From NCBI GenBank assembly GCA_900539715.1, contig UQDA01000013.1, positions 8,235 to 72,234 on the forward strand: a stretch of 64,000 bases of DNA, written 5' to 3'. The position numbers and the translations under genes were made by a program. The notes beneath the pieces were generated by a model. The model was not told the DNA's origin. It did not search any database and worked only from the letters and a program-made list of their open reading frames with translations. Positions 28,162 through 38,667 of the stretch are shown here, in pieces. Each line of letters starts with the position of its first letter. Position 1 is the first letter of the stretch. The DNA is from an uncultured Lachnospiraceae bacterium (GTDB lineage: Bacteria; Bacillota; Clostridia; Lachnospirales; Lachnospiraceae).

Positions 28162-29193
28162 TTACTGCTCTACCTGAAAATACGTATTATATACTTCAAA
28201 AAATGCGGATGTCGTCACATTTTCCTTGTGTATCATCGTCACGCTGTCCCACAGCTCCTCGTTCAGCTGACGTACGAGCGTCCCTTCAAACGTCTTATAT
28301 TCGCTGTCGAACGCCTCGCTTCGGCGCTGCTGGAGTATCTTTTCCTTATTTGCCTGCGTCTGCGCCTCGTCGAAGGTGCTGATACATTTCAGGACATAAA
28401 AGCTGCCGCCGTCTTCCACAACACCGCTGATCTCATCCTTTCCAAGATCGAATGCCGCTGCCTCGAGCGCCTCGCCTACCTCCCCTTTTCCAAAGGATAT
28501 CGTCACAAAAGGATCTTCACTGTTTGCCTGTGCCAGCGCTTCAAAATCCGTTCCCTCTTCTTTCGCAGTCCGACACAGCTCCTGTGCCTTTGTGCGGTCG
28601 CTGACCCGTATCGCCTCCACTGTGATAGTGCGGGCTTCGTCGTCGCTTATCTCGGGGTTTACATTTTCAACGATCTGCCGGTAGACCTTTGATGCAAGCG
28701 CATATTCCCCGTACATCTTCGCAAGCAGCTCCTCCGTTACGTTCAGGGAAGAAATCTCCGTCTCACTCAGTGAAGAAAAATACTCCTTTGCCGCCGCTGC
28801 CGCGCGCTCCTGTTCCTTTTCATCCAGTTTAAGTTCTTTTTGCTTTGCCAAAAGGTTCATAACCTTTATCTGCGCCAGCTCCGTCAGAACCTGCTGCTTC
28901 GCCTCCTGCTCCAGCGACTTTCCGTTTTCCTTCGCCGCCCATATCTCACTTCCGTAAACGGCCTCATACTGATTCTGGAGGTTTGTCAGATAGACCATGG
29001 CTTCCGGCAGCGTGCAGGATGCCCCTTCAATGCGGAATACCTCGTTCTTTTTCAGTCCTGCTGTCAATACAACCTTCGTGCCTTCTCCACACCCCGCCAA
29101 AAAAGATACCGCCATTACTGCCGCACACAGAAATGCCGCCATTTTTGCCGCTGCTTTTCCAAATCCTTTTTTTCTTCCTGCTTTTTTAATCAT
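28162..29193 (-). CDS. PrsA/SurA-like peptidyl-prolyl isomerase lipoprotein (foldase)
   Basis: Signal peptide plus lipobox LAGC. It has a SurA-N-like domain and a PpiC-type rotamase-like domain. Confidence 0.6.
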   Translation of the reverse strand: MIKKAGRKKGFGKAAAKMAAFLCAAVMAVSFLAGCGEGTKVVLTAGLKKNEVFRIEGASCTLPEAMVYLTNLQNQYEAVYGSEIWAAKENGKSLEQEAKQQVLTELAQIKVMNLLAKQKELKLDEKEQERAAAAAKEYFSSLSETEISSLNVTEELLAKMYGEYALASKVYRQIVENVNPEISDDEARTITVEAIRVSDRTKAQELCRTAKEEGTDFEALAQANSEDPFVTISFGKGEVGEALEAAAFDLGKDEISGVVEDGGSFYVLKCISTFDEAQTQANKEKILQQRRSEAFDSEYKTFEGTLVRQLNEELWDSVTMIHKENVTTSAFFEVYNTYFQVEQ

Positions 29194-29216
29194 AATACCT
29201 CTTCATTTAATATGAT

Positions 29217-29432
29217 TCAGGCCACACCCACACCCTTTTCAATCGTGCGCAGCTCTTTATTACCCGTTTCATTCTTTCTTGCCCCATATAGATTTTTATT
29301 CAGAAACTGCATTTTGCATTTTCTCATCGCCTGCCGGGCACAGCCGCCCTTTATTATATCATTTCCGCCCAAAATGTCAATTTCACAGTCCTTGTCTCCG
29401 CCCGCAGTAATATCGTGCTTTTGCCTTGACAT
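29217..29432 (-). CDS. small hypothetical protein (71 aa, Gly/Cys-containing)
   Basis: An ORF with an AAGAGGGA RBS, 23 bp upstream of the prsA-like gene. No family recognised. Confidence 0.3.
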   Translation of the reverse strand: MSRQKHDITAGGDKDCEIDILGGNDIIKGGCARQAMRKCKMQFLNKNLYGARKNETGNKELRTIEKGVGVA

Positions 29433-29506
29433 TCCCTCTTTCCGGTCGTATTCTTTTAGTACTTTAATCTAGTAACACAAAGTCAGCACCCGAAAGGAGT
29501 CCCCCC

Positions 29507-30862
29507 GTGAAAACCGCCTCACAGCATCTTTTCAGCAATAAGGATTTACGAAAGCTTCTAATCCCTGTCATGATGGAACAGCTGCTCTCCTCTCTGATGG
29601 GCACAATCGATACTATGATGGTCAGCAATGTAGGCTCTGCAGCCATTTCTGCCGTCTCTCTGGTAGATTCCATCAATATTTTAGTCATCCAAGCATTATC
29701 TGCCCTCGCTGCCGGAGGCGCGATCCTCTGTTCTCAATATCTGGGCAGTAAAAATGAGGAAGAAGCAAACCGCTCCGCCGGCCAGGTAATTCTTGTCATG
29801 ACCATACTTTCTACTGTCCTGGCTGTCATCTGCCTTCTTCTTCGCGATCCTATGCTGCGTCTTATTTTTGGCAAGGTTGATCCGGATGTTATGAATAACT
29901 CCCGCACTTATTTTCTGTTCACCCTGCTGTCCTTCCCATTCATAGGGCTTTATGATGCAGGGGCCTCCATTTTCCGGGCAGAAAACAACACGCGGACTCC
30001 CATGATCATTTCTGTCATTTCCAATGTGATGAACATCGCCGGAAACGCAATCCTTATATTCGGCTTTGATCTGGGTGTTGCCGGTGCCGCGATCTCTACG
30101 CTGATCTCCCGCGCTTTCTGCGCCGTTGTCGTTCTCTGGCAGCTCAGAAGTCCCTTACAGCCCATCAGTGTGCGCCATTATGCGAACATACGCCCTGATT
30201 TTTCTCTTATCAAACGTGTGCTTTTGATCGGCATCCCATCCGGAATCGAAAACAGTATGTTTCAGTTTGGTAAACTGGCGATCCAATCCACAGTTTCCAC
30301 CCTCGGAACAGCCGCAATCGCCGCACAGGCAATGACAAATATCCTGGAGGCTCTAAACGGTGTCGCAGCCATGGGGGTCGGAATCGGTCTGATGACGGTT
30401 GTCGGACAATGTATCGGGGCAGGACGGAAGGACGAGGCGATTTACTATATCAAAAAACTGTCCTGGCTTGCAGAAATCGTCATCATCATCTGCTGTCTTA
30501 CCGTTCTTGCTCTCACAAAGCCGATCACCGTTATCGGCGGCATGGAACCGGAAAGTGCGCGACTCTGCTTCCAGATGGTCGTTTTCATCACGATCACAAA
30601 ACCCATCTCATGGGTTCTTTCCTTTATTCCTGCCTATGGGATGAGAGCCGCCGGAGATGTAAAATTTTCCATGATCACCTCCTGCCTGAGTATGTGGCTG
30701 TGCCGTGTAAGTCTCTGCGTTTTCTTATGCCGTGTCCTCGGCTTTGGTCCGATCGCAGTCTGGATCGGCATGTTTGCGGACTGGTCTGTACGCGCCGTCG
30801 TCTTTTCCTGGCGCTTCCATTCCCGCAAATGGCTGAACCACAATATAATCAGCAACCCGTAA
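29507..30862 (+). CDS. MATE family efflux transporter
   Basis: 451 aa with 12 TM helices and MATE motifs. It has a GTG start with a GAAAGGAG RBS. Confidence 0.85.
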   Translation: MKTASQHLFSNKDLRKLLIPVMMEQLLSSLMGTIDTMMVSNVGSAAISAVSLVDSINILVIQALSALAAGGAILCSQYLGSKNEEEANRSAGQVILVMTILSTVLAVICLLLRDPMLRLIFGKVDPDVMNNSRTYFLFTLLSFPFIGLYDAGASIFRAENNTRTPMIISVISNVMNIAGNAILIFGFDLGVAGAAISTLISRAFCAVVVLWQLRSPLQPISVRHYANIRPDFSLIKRVLLIGIPSGIENSMFQFGKLAIQSTVSTLGTAAIAAQAMTNILEALNGVAAMGVGIGLMTVVGQCIGAGRKDEAIYYIKKLSWLAEIVIIICCLTVLALTKPITVIGGMEPESARLCFQMVVFITITKPISWVLSFIPAYGMRAAGDVKFSMITSCLSMWLCRVSLCVFLCRVLGFGPIAVWIGMFADWSVRAVVFSWRFHSRKWLNHNIISNP

Positions 30863-30923
30863 TACTTGATTCCATATATAGCAAAGCTGATATCCTTCCC
30901 ATACGGACTTTACCAATACTTCC

Positions 30924-31373
30924 TCACCCTGCAAGCTGTCCGACCCAGTATATCACCCCCAGCACCCAGCTGGTAAAAATCCCGTACAAAATCACCGGTC
31001 CTGCGATTGTGAATATTTTACATCCCACGCCAAATACCTGCCCTTCTTTTTTAAACTCAATCGCCGGAGCTGCCACCGAATTTGCAAAACCGGTAATTGG
31101 CACGAGAGCCCCTGCACCGCCCCATTTTACTATGGACGGGTAAATATTAAGTCCCGTCAGAATTACGCTGATCAATACAAGCAAAAGAGAGCACAGGCTT
31201 CCCGCAGCATCCTTTTCCATTCCCATCGCAGCCGCCCGATTCAAAATCACCTGTCCGATCGTACAGATTGCTCCGCCCGTCAGAAATGCCCTCAGCAACT
31301 GCTTTATCAAACTGTGCGCCGGCGTCACCTGCTTTACATACTCCCGATACTCTTTTTGAACATTTTCTTCCAT
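30924..31373 (-). CDS. spoVAC: stage V sporulation protein AC (SpoVAC/SpoVAEb family)
   Basis: PITGFANS and FKKEG...AGPVI motifs. 149 aa. Confidence 0.8.
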   Translation of the reverse strand: MEENVQKEYREYVKQVTPAHSLIKQLLRAFLTGGAICTIGQVILNRAAAMGMEKDAAGSLCSLLLVLISVILTGLNIYPSIVKWGGAGALVPITGFANSVAAPAIEFKKEGQVFGVGCKIFTIAGPVILYGIFTSWVLGVIYWVGQLAG

Positions 31374-31458
31374 TTTCCAATCCCTTCCTATAGATTATGA
31401 TTTTCTTTTCCGTCCCTCATGTAGGCAAAAACACTCCTCTGACAGTCGCTGTCAGTCC

Positions 31459-31962
31459 TCATCCGCCCGTAAAAATCCGGCAGCCAAAATACAGCAGGCT
31501 TCCCGTCAGCTTTCCCAGCGCGACTGCCAGCACCATCAATCCCAGACCGTGACGATAACCTATCCTTCTTGTCAATATCGGGATAGAATCCAGCATCTCC
31601 GCCACCGCCAGCGCCAGACAGCCTACAAATACGCCTGCAAACAGCCCGAGCAAAATATATAAAACACCGACCGCACTCCCCCGGAAGCCTTCTCCAAAAG
31701 CCCTGCCAAGCCACCTTCCGGCAAGCCAGAATCCCTTCCGTGATATTTCCGGATAAACGCTCCAGAAGCATCCCGTCAGCGTTCCCAAAACAATCATTTC
31801 TTCATATAAAAATATTTTTTCGCCGGTATGCGTCTTTCCCGCAAACCTCGGTACAAGTCCCACAGAAAGCAGCACCGTAAACACCCCAGCCGAGACGAGT
31901 ATCCCCGCTCCCAGCCCTGCAATGCATACAATTGTCTGCCGCCACAATCCAATGTCCGCCAT
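31459..31962 (-). CDS. spoVAB: stage V sporulation protein AB
   Basis: The start is at MADIGLW (31962). The sequence shows SpoVAB-like features (EMLDSIPILTRRIG, LGKLTGSLLYF). Confidence 0.65.
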   Translation of the reverse strand: MADIGLWRQTIVCIAGLGAGILVSAGVFTVLLSVGLVPRFAGKTHTGEKIFLYEEMIVLGTLTGCFWSVYPEISRKGFWLAGRWLGRAFGEGFRGSAVGVLYILLGLFAGVFVGCLALAVAEMLDSIPILTRRIGYRHGLGLMVLAVALGKLTGSLLYFGCRIFTGG

Positions 31963-32187
31963 ATTTTTCAGCCTTTCCTGATATGTTCTTCTGCCCTTAC
32001 CGGATATAGCCCTTTTTCTTCTCTCAGTATGCACCATGCCGCTTCCGATTATGCATGTGACAATTCCGCAAAAAATTTGACAAACTTTCTTCCCCACGTT
32101 ATGATAACCCTTGCTTCTGCGCATAATTATCATAAAAAGATACGCATCATTATATTGTTTGTAGTGTTTGATATAGGAATGAATAAT

Positions 32188-32718
32188 ATGGATTTGATCC
32201 GAAAAAAATTTTTGCAGATTTCATCTTCACGCCCCGGATGCCTTGTCCTCATCGCTTTTTCCTTTGCCCCGGCACTGGCTGTCATGGGACTGATCTTCTA
32301 TTTTTCCAGCCAGAACGCTGCCCTTTCCAGCCAGCTGAGCTATCCTGTCACAGAAGGGCTGATCACTGCCTTGGACAGACTCTTTTCACTGGAGCTGTCC
32401 GAAACGGAGCTTATCGCCGCCTCCGGCATCTATCATTCGTTCGTGCGCAAGCTGGCTCATATGACGGAATATGCCGCCCTCGCTGTCACACTCTTCCTGC
32501 CGTTCCGGCTCTGGCATATCCCATGTCCGCGCATCAGCGCATGGTGTTTCTGCCTTGTCTATGCGGCGCTGGACGAATTCCATCAGCGCTTCTCTTTCGG
32601 CAGGAGCCCGTCTTTTGGAGATGTGTTCATCGACGTCTCTGGTGCGATCATCGGACTGCTCCTTGTCTCCGCTGTACTTGCTTTGTTAAAAAAACGGCAG
32701 CCACGAATCTCTTCGTAA
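32188..32718 (+). CDS. VanZ-like family membrane protein
   Basis: The true start is MDLIRKKF. The motifs H...EYAALAV and LDEFHQ.F..GRS...DV are typical of VanZ. Confidence 0.6.
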   Translation: MDLIRKKFLQISSSRPGCLVLIAFSFAPALAVMGLIFYFSSQNAALSSQLSYPVTEGLITALDRLFSLELSETELIAASGIYHSFVRKLAHMTEYAALAVTLFLPFRLWHIPCPRISAWCFCLVYAALDEFHQRFSFGRSPSFGDVFIDVSGAIIGLLLVSAVLALLKKRQPRISS

Positions 32719-32739
32719 GCTGCCGCTTTTTTTAATCCT

Positions 32740-33387
32740 TTATTCCCAGACCGCCGTCAAAACATGCTCTCCGGTCATCGTCACGACCGTCTCCGCCGTA
32801 ATCTTTTCACCGCTGTAATACCAGCCGGCAAATTCAGCTCCCTCTTTTTCAGGGACCGGCAGCTCCCCATAGCTTTCCCCAAAAACCACCTCTGCCATTT
32901 CCACTGTTTCAGAGCCGTTTACCGTTCCGCCGTCCGTATCAAAACGCACCGGAATCTTTGCCGGAGTCCACACCGCGGTCAGCGTCATATCCCCCTGTAC
33001 CTTATCCGCCCCAAAATCCCAGAAAAGGGGTTCTTCGCCGCCAACTGACCAGCCGCCGAAATCATATCCCGGGCGCATCGGTTCTTCCGGTTCTGTCACA
33101 AGCTCGCCGTGACGCAGCTTCTGCTGCGCAACCTCGCTCCCGCCGCCCGTTTCAAAGGTTACATAAAATCCACCAGTAATCGTAAAAAAGATTATCATCC
33201 CCACTATTACAACGACCACGACTGCAATAAATCCGTCCAACAGTCTGATGGGGACATCCTTGCTCCCGTATATCCCACGTCCGAACCAGCGTTTTTTTAT
33301 CATCGGATTTTCTTCCGGAACGCTTTGTACGTCAGATATTTCCTCTTTTTCTTCCAGTCCGTTTTCTTTCAAATCCATTTTCATCAA
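32740..33387 (-). CDS. membrane-anchored protein with two Listeria-Bacteroides (InlB B-repeat, Flg_new) repeats
   Basis: One TM segment, then two GYxFxGW....LTAVW repeats. Confidence 0.65.
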   Translation of the reverse strand: MMKMDLKENGLEEKEEISDVQSVPEENPMIKKRWFGRGIYGSKDVPIRLLDGFIAVVVVVIVGMIIFFTITGGFYVTFETGGGSEVAQQKLRHGELVTEPEEPMRPGYDFGGWSVGGEEPLFWDFGADKVQGDMTLTAVWTPAKIPVRFDTDGGTVNGSETVEMAEVVFGESYGELPVPEKEGAEFAGWYYSGEKITAETVVTMTGEHVLTAVWE

Positions 33388-33503
33388 ACTCCCAGCCGTT
33401 TCTCTTTTTGCATCAAACGCCGCCGCATTGTGCGGACCGGCTTATCGAATCAAACAGACTCCGGAGTCTGCATTCCTTGCGCTCCCCGGAGTCTGTTTGA
33501 TTT

Positions 33504-34574
33504 TTACTTTCTTACCAGATACTTTCTCATATCGATTGCACAGGCAACCAGAATGATAAGACCCTTTATCACATACTGCATGTTCATGTTGATGGACAGG
33601 AAGTTCAGCGCAACGAAGATGATACGCAGCAGGAACACGCCCATCACGACGCCGCTTATCTTACCGGTACCGCCGACGAACGATACGCCGCCGATAACAC
33701 ACGCCGCAATCGCGTCACACTCATAGTTTAATCCGGTAGCAGCCGTATTGGAACCGATACGCGCAGACTCGATAAAACCTGTGATACCGTACATCATACC
33801 AGCCAGCATATGTACAAGGATAGTCGTGCGCATTACATTTACGCCGGATACGTTTGCAGCTTCCGGATTGGAACCCACTGCAAACATGTTCTTACCAAAG
33901 GTCGTCTTGTTCCAGATAAACCACATCAGCACAACGACTGCAAGACCCATCCATACATAGTTCGGAATCGCAACTCCGCCCACTTTCAGAATACTTCCGT
34001 TTACGAACTGCTTAAAGGAATCATCCAGACCGGAAAGAGGCTGTCCGTTATTACCGTTGATCATGATATACATCAACAGGATACCATATACTATCAACTG
34101 TGTTGCCAGCGTTACAATGAATGGATGCAGCTGGAACTTTGCCACGAAAAATCCGTTAACCCATCCGACGATTGCACCGACTGCGATAACCGCCAGAATA
34201 ACAAGCGGAATCGGCAGAGGCTTCATGTTCGGAAACATCTTTGACGCATAGTCCAGAGACTGCAGTAAAGATGCACTGATACATGCTGTCAGACCTACCA
34301 CACGTCCTGCAGAAAGGTCTGTACCTGTCAGAACGATACATCCTGCAATACCACAGGCGATCGGCAGGTTTGCCGCAGAAAGGCTGATAATGTTTACAAT
34401 AGAGTTCGTGGACAAAAACTTATGATTCTGTGTAAAGGTATAAATGATCGCAATGATCAGCAATACATACATTGCATTATTGATCGCGGTCTCTTTCCAG
34501 AAGGTCCTTTTGTCCTTAGCGTCAAGACTTTTATAATTGCTGTATTTCAGTTGCATATTTTTGATCGCATTCAT
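33504..34574 (-). CDS. sugar ABC transporter permease (MglC/RbsC family)
   Basis: 356 aa with about 10 TM helices. Confidence 0.85.
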   Translation of the reverse strand: MNAIKNMQLKYSNYKSLDAKDKRTFWKETAINNAMYVLLIIAIIYTFTQNHKFLSTNSIVNIISLSAANLPIACGIAGCIVLTGTDLSAGRVVGLTACISASLLQSLDYASKMFPNMKPLPIPLVILAVIAVGAIVGWVNGFFVAKFQLHPFIVTLATQLIVYGILLMYIMINGNNGQPLSGLDDSFKQFVNGSILKVGGVAIPNYVWMGLAVVVLMWFIWNKTTFGKNMFAVGSNPEAANVSGVNVMRTTILVHMLAGMMYGITGFIESARIGSNTAATGLNYECDAIAACVIGGVSFVGGTGKISGVVMGVFLLRIIFVALNFLSINMNMQYVIKGLIILVACAIDMRKYLVRK

Positions 34575-34589
34575 CCTGAAAAACCCCCT

Positions 34590-36092
34590 TTATACATATT
34601 TCGCAGCAAGCGTCATGATTTCCTCCTGAGAGGTCGTTGCCGCGTTGACTTCACCGGCAAGCCTGCCGCCGGACATGACAAGGATTCTGTCGCAGATGCC
34701 CAGAAGCTCCGGCATTTCGGAGGATACCACCATCACGATCTTTCCTTTGTTCGCCAAATCAATGATCAACTGATAAATTTCGTATTTTGCGCCCACATCG
34801 ATACCTCTTGTAGGCTCGTCCAACAGAAGCACCTCCGGCTCCGTCAAAAGCCAGCGTCCAAGGATGACCTTCTGCTGGTTACCTCCGGAAAGTGTCCGTA
34901 TCTTGGTCTGCTGTGTCGGCGTCTTCGTATGCATCGCGTCGATAGACCACTGCGTATCTTTCGCCATCGACTTGTCGCTCAGGACAAATCCTCCCCGCAA
35001 ATGCTTTTTCAGACTGGATATTACTGTATTTTCCCGAATATCCAGAATTCCGAAAATACCGGTCGCACGCCGTTCCTCCGTCAGCATCGCAAATCCATTC
35101 CTGATGGATTCCCGCGCATTACGGTTTTTCACCTCTTTACCGTCCAGACGGATGGTTCCGCTCTTTCTCGTAGCAATACCGAAAATATTTTCCAGTGTCT
35201 CGGTTCTGCCGGAACCATCCAATCCTGCCAGACCGACAATCTCGCCTCTCTTTACTTTAAAGGACACATCGTTTAACAGCGAGTACTGTGCTGTAAGATG
35301 CTCTACCTCCAACGCAACCTCTCCGGGCTTGTTTGTTTTGGGAGGGAACTGATTGTTCAGCTCGCGCCCTACCATAAGACGGATGATTTCTTCTGTCGTC
35401 AGCTCTGCCGCAGGCCTTGTTGCAACCCATGTTCCGTCTCTCATAACGGTCACATCGTCCGCTATCCGCAAAATCTCCGCCATTTTATGTGAAATATAAA
35501 TGATACCGCAGCCTCTGTCCCTGAGCATGTTGATAATCTTGAACAGATGCTCTACCTCCTGCTCCGTCAGGGACGATGTAGGCTCATCAAATACGATAAC
35601 CTTGGAATGGAAGGATACCGCTTTTGCAATTTCAGCCATCTGTCTCTGGGATACGGGCATCGTGCTCATGACCCTTTTCGGATCCACATCTATCTCCAGC
35701 TCCTTGAACACATCCTTGGTATCCTGATACATTTTTTTCTCATTTACCATCACGCCCGCCACTTTCGGATAGCGGCCGAGCCAGATGTTGTCCATAACAT
35801 TTCTTTTCAGCGCCTGATTTAATTCCTGATGTACCATGGCAACGCCGCTCTCCAGCGCTTCCTTGGAATTTTTAAAGTTTACTTCTTTCCCCTCCAGCAA
35901 AATCTGTCCGCTGTCTTTCTGATAGATACCGAACAGACATTTCATCAGGGTGGATTTGCCGGCTCCATTTTCTCCCATCAGCGCATGTACAGTTCCCCGC
36001 CTCACTGTCAGGGATACATTATCCAGCGCCTTTACGCCCGGGAATTCTTTACAGATATCCTTCATTTCCAGCAAAATATCCTGTCCCATCAA
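34590..36092 (-). CDS. sugar ABC transporter ATP-binding protein (MglA/RbsA type, duplicated ABC domains)
   Basis: 500 aa with two Walker A/signature sets. Confidence 0.9.
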   Translation of the reverse strand: MMGQDILLEMKDICKEFPGVKALDNVSLTVRRGTVHALMGENGAGKSTLMKCLFGIYQKDSGQILLEGKEVNFKNSKEALESGVAMVHQELNQALKRNVMDNIWLGRYPKVAGVMVNEKKMYQDTKDVFKELEIDVDPKRVMSTMPVSQRQMAEIAKAVSFHSKVIVFDEPTSSLTEQEVEHLFKIINMLRDRGCGIIYISHKMAEILRIADDVTVMRDGTWVATRPAAELTTEEIIRLMVGRELNNQFPPKTNKPGEVALEVEHLTAQYSLLNDVSFKVKRGEIVGLAGLDGSGRTETLENIFGIATRKSGTIRLDGKEVKNRNARESIRNGFAMLTEERRATGIFGILDIRENTVISSLKKHLRGGFVLSDKSMAKDTQWSIDAMHTKTPTQQTKIRTLSGGNQQKVILGRWLLTEPEVLLLDEPTRGIDVGAKYEIYQLIIDLANKGKIVMVVSSEMPELLGICDRILVMSGGRLAGEVNAATTSQEEIMTLAAKYV

Positions 36093-36235
36093 AAATGCGC
36101 CTCCTTTCCGTATAAAATAGTGCGTATGGCTATATTCTTTTATACGCGAGAAGCATTACACTTCCTCTCGTATAAAAGAACGGCTGCCGTCCCCGACAGC
36201 CGTTCTCCTTTTGACACTTCAATATTGGATTACGG

Positions 36236-37435
36236 TCATTCTCCCGTATAAGCTGCATAAGGGATGAAAATCTTGTTGCTTACTTTTTCAGAGATATTGA
36301 AATCTTCTGTTTCAGCCATCAGCTCTTTGCCTGCGCCTACATTGCCTACCAGGTGAGCGATGCCGTTTGCCATACCTTCTGCATCCTGTTTGATGGTACC
36401 TGTCATCTTGCCGTCAGCGATCAGCTGTTTTGCAGCATCAGTAGCATCTACACCAAATACAGGAATTGTTGTGCAGTCTTCTGTTCCAAGGTTATAGCCC
36501 TTATCATTTAATGCGGAGATTGCACCTTCTGCCATACCATCGTTATTGCAGATGATCAGCTCGATCATGTTGCCGTTCTCTTCATTGTACTGAGCCAGGT
36601 TTGTGTTCATGTAGTTGTTTGCAGCGGTAGCGCTCCAGTTACCATCCTGGTCAACCTGATAGCAGTCAGTATTGGAAGCATCGAAGTACTCCAGTTCAGG
36701 CTTGCCGTTCTCAACCAGCACTTTGTTTGCATCCTCTACGCCGTACTGGGTTCTGTAAATCGCCTCAACGTTGCCCAGCTGACCCATGAACATTGCATAG
36801 CTGATCTTGCCGTCGCCGTTTAAATCAACTGTATCAAAATTCTCAACCAGGTAGTTACCGATCATTTCGCCCTGCATATGACCTGCTTCAGGAGCATCTG
36901 TTCCAACGAATGCACACTTGTCATAGCTGCCAAGTACTTTGCCTTCGTCCTCATCACCTTCAACCGCACGGTTAAAGAAGATTACCGGAACGCCTGCTGC
37001 GCTTGCCTTGTCAACGATAGACTGAGAAGCGTCAACAGAACCGGAGGTTACAATATTAACTACCAGCAGATTGCAGCCCTGAACGATAGCGGTATCGATC
37101 TGCTCGTTCTGTGTTGTCTGGTTGGAGTTACCGTCAAAGTTCTGGAATGTGATGCCTGCATCTGTCAGAGCTTTATCCAGTGCGGTACGAACGCTTGTGA
37201 TGTAAGTATCGCTGTATGTGTAGTAGAACACGCCTACATTTAAGTCTTCCACCTTCTCTGCAGCCTCAGAAACCGCTTCTGCTACAGACTCAGCCTCGCC
37301 TGCTGCTGTAGAAGCTGCTGCCTCTGTTTCAGCGGGAGCCGCGGAATTACCTGTGCTCTGTGCGTTGCCGCCGCAGGCTGCAAGTCCCATTACCATGGCT
37401 GCTGTCATAACCAGTGCCAAAACTTTCTTTTTCAT
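36236..37435 (-). CDS. sugar ABC transporter substrate-binding lipoprotein (MglB-like periplasmic binding protein)
   Basis: Lipobox LAACGG, a Thr/Ala-rich linker, and a type-I PBP fold. Confidence 0.8.
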   Translation of the reverse strand: MKKKVLALVMTAAMVMGLAACGGNAQSTGNSAAPAETEAAASTAAGEAESVAEAVSEAAEKVEDLNVGVFYYTYSDTYITSVRTALDKALTDAGITFQNFDGNSNQTTQNEQIDTAIVQGCNLLVVNIVTSGSVDASQSIVDKASAAGVPVIFFNRAVEGDEDEGKVLGSYDKCAFVGTDAPEAGHMQGEMIGNYLVENFDTVDLNGDGKISYAMFMGQLGNVEAIYRTQYGVEDANKVLVENGKPELEYFDASNTDCYQVDQDGNWSATAANNYMNTNLAQYNEENGNMIELIICNNDGMAEGAISALNDKGYNLGTEDCTTIPVFGVDATDAAKQLIADGKMTGTIKQDAEGMANGIAHLVGNVGAGKELMAETEDFNISEKVSNKIFIPYAAYTGE

Positions 37436-37479
37436 ATACTATGTCCTCCTTGATATTTTGCGGGGATTCCCCGCTGTTT

Positions 37480-37535
37480 TCTAAAAAAAATGACCTGTAA
37501 GATGCGTCTTTTGCGTTCTTGCATCTTACAAGTCA
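37480..37535 (-). terminator. strong intrinsic terminator (16-bp stem, 15-nt loop, U8) between the sensor operon and the ABC operon
   Basis: The stem ATGACTTGTAAGATGC/GCATCTTACAGGTCAT is followed by TTTTTTTT on the minus strand. Confidence 0.8.
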
Positions 37536-37683
37536 TATTATAAAAATTGTATGAAAAAAAGTAAATTGAATAATCCACAACCTTTTTTATAAATTTCAAT
37601 GATTTGTTCATATTTTGGAAATATTTTGTTTAAAATTCTCCTATGACCAGGTCGGGAGTGGTGTTTTTTACACCTCTCTCTCA

Positions 37684-38667
37684 CTAATCGAACGCGAACA
37701 GTATTTTCTGACACTCCTCTGAAAACATATTATCCCTGTTTACCATCGTCGTGGCCGTGTCCAGCTTCTCACCTGAAAGCTTCTGCCCCGTCAGAATCTG
37801 ATATGCCTTTTCCACGCCAAGATAGCCCATCGCGTAGGGATTCTGCACGATAAGCGCGTCCACCTCGCCGGTCTCCAGCATTCCGACGCTGACTACATTT
37901 GAATCAAACGCCACCACCGTCGTCTTGTCTTTTATCCCCAGATCCCGAATCGCCCAGCCCACTCCGAGGCTCGTCCATTCGTTAAAGGTCGCGATAACGT
38001 TTATCTCCGGGCGCTCACGCCAAAGCTCCGATGTCTTTTGCCGCGCATCCTCCGTCGTGGAAAGTACGTTTTTGGTTTCGATATACGCTACTCTTTCATC
38101 CTTTTCCACCACATCGCGAAAGCCCGCCTCCCGTTCCTGCCCATTTGCAGTCTTTTCATCAAAATTGACGATTCCAACATACAGCTTTTCCTCCGGACAC
38201 AAAAGTGCTGCCCTGCCTGCCATCTGTCCCGCCGCATAATTATCCGTACTGATGCGGCACGATACCGCATCAGAATTCACATCGCTGTCGATCACCACGA
38301 TCTTTATCCCTTTTTTTGCCGCTTCATCAATGGCCTTTGCATTTGCATTGTAATCCACCGCCGAAAAAACGATTGCCGAAACGCCGTCAGCAACAGCCTG
38401 CTCTATCATCCTGTTCTGCGTTTCATAATCCTCTTCCGTCTCCGGTCCCTGAAAGCTGAGTTCTACATTATATTCCGTTCCTGCCGCATTTGCGCCTGCA
38501 AATACAGATTTCCAAAATGCCGATTCCGTAGATTTTGCAATGACCGCCACCTTATATTTCTGAGCCGCCTGTCCTGACTTTTTCCGGACATAACCGAACA
38601 GGACCAGAGCGCAGGCCATCAGCAGCACTATGATGAACAGCAGCTTTGCTGCCCTCTTTTTATTCAT
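37684..38667 (-). CDS. membrane-anchored sugar-binding sensor protein (PBP type I, XylFII-like) of a three-component system
   Basis: An N-terminal TM segment, then a LacI/RbsB-like binding fold. It is cotranscribed with the kinase and regulator (4-bp overlap). Confidence 0.75.
   Translation of the reverse strand: MNKKRAAKLLFIIVLLMACALVLFGYVRKKSGQAAQKYKVAVIAKSTESAFWKSVFAGANAAGTEYNVELSFQGPETEEDYETQNRMIEQAVADGVSAIVFSAVDYNANAKAIDEAAKKGIKIVVIDSDVNSDAVSCRISTDNYAAGQMAGRAALLCPEEKLYVGIVNFDEKTANGQEREAGFRDVVEKDERVAYIETKNVLSTTEDARQKTSELWRERPEINVIATFNEWTSLGVGWAIRDLGIKDKTTVVAFDSNVVSVGMLETGEVDALIVQNPYAMGYLGVEKAYQILTGQKLSGEKLDTATTMVNRDNMFSEECQKILFAFD

Noticed and set aside
31459-32133. Full 224-aa ORF as the spoVAB product
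   Set aside because: The first 57 residues are basic and low-complexity. SpoVAB similarity begins at the internal Met (31962), and that start is supported by size (about 167 aa).
31828-32187. N-terminal 120 aa of the 296-aa plus-strand ORF preceding vanZ
   Set aside because: It is a His/Arg/Lys-rich low-complexity translation overlapping the spoVAB promoter region. VanZ homology starts at the Met at 32188.
33424-33490. Complex palindrome ATCAAACAGACTCCGG…CCGGAGTCTGTTTGAT after the ABC permease gene as a regulatory operator
   Set aside because: It is most simply a transcription terminator or insulator hairpin (16-bp stem) between the ABC operon and the downstream InlB-repeat gene. It has no flanking promoter elements.
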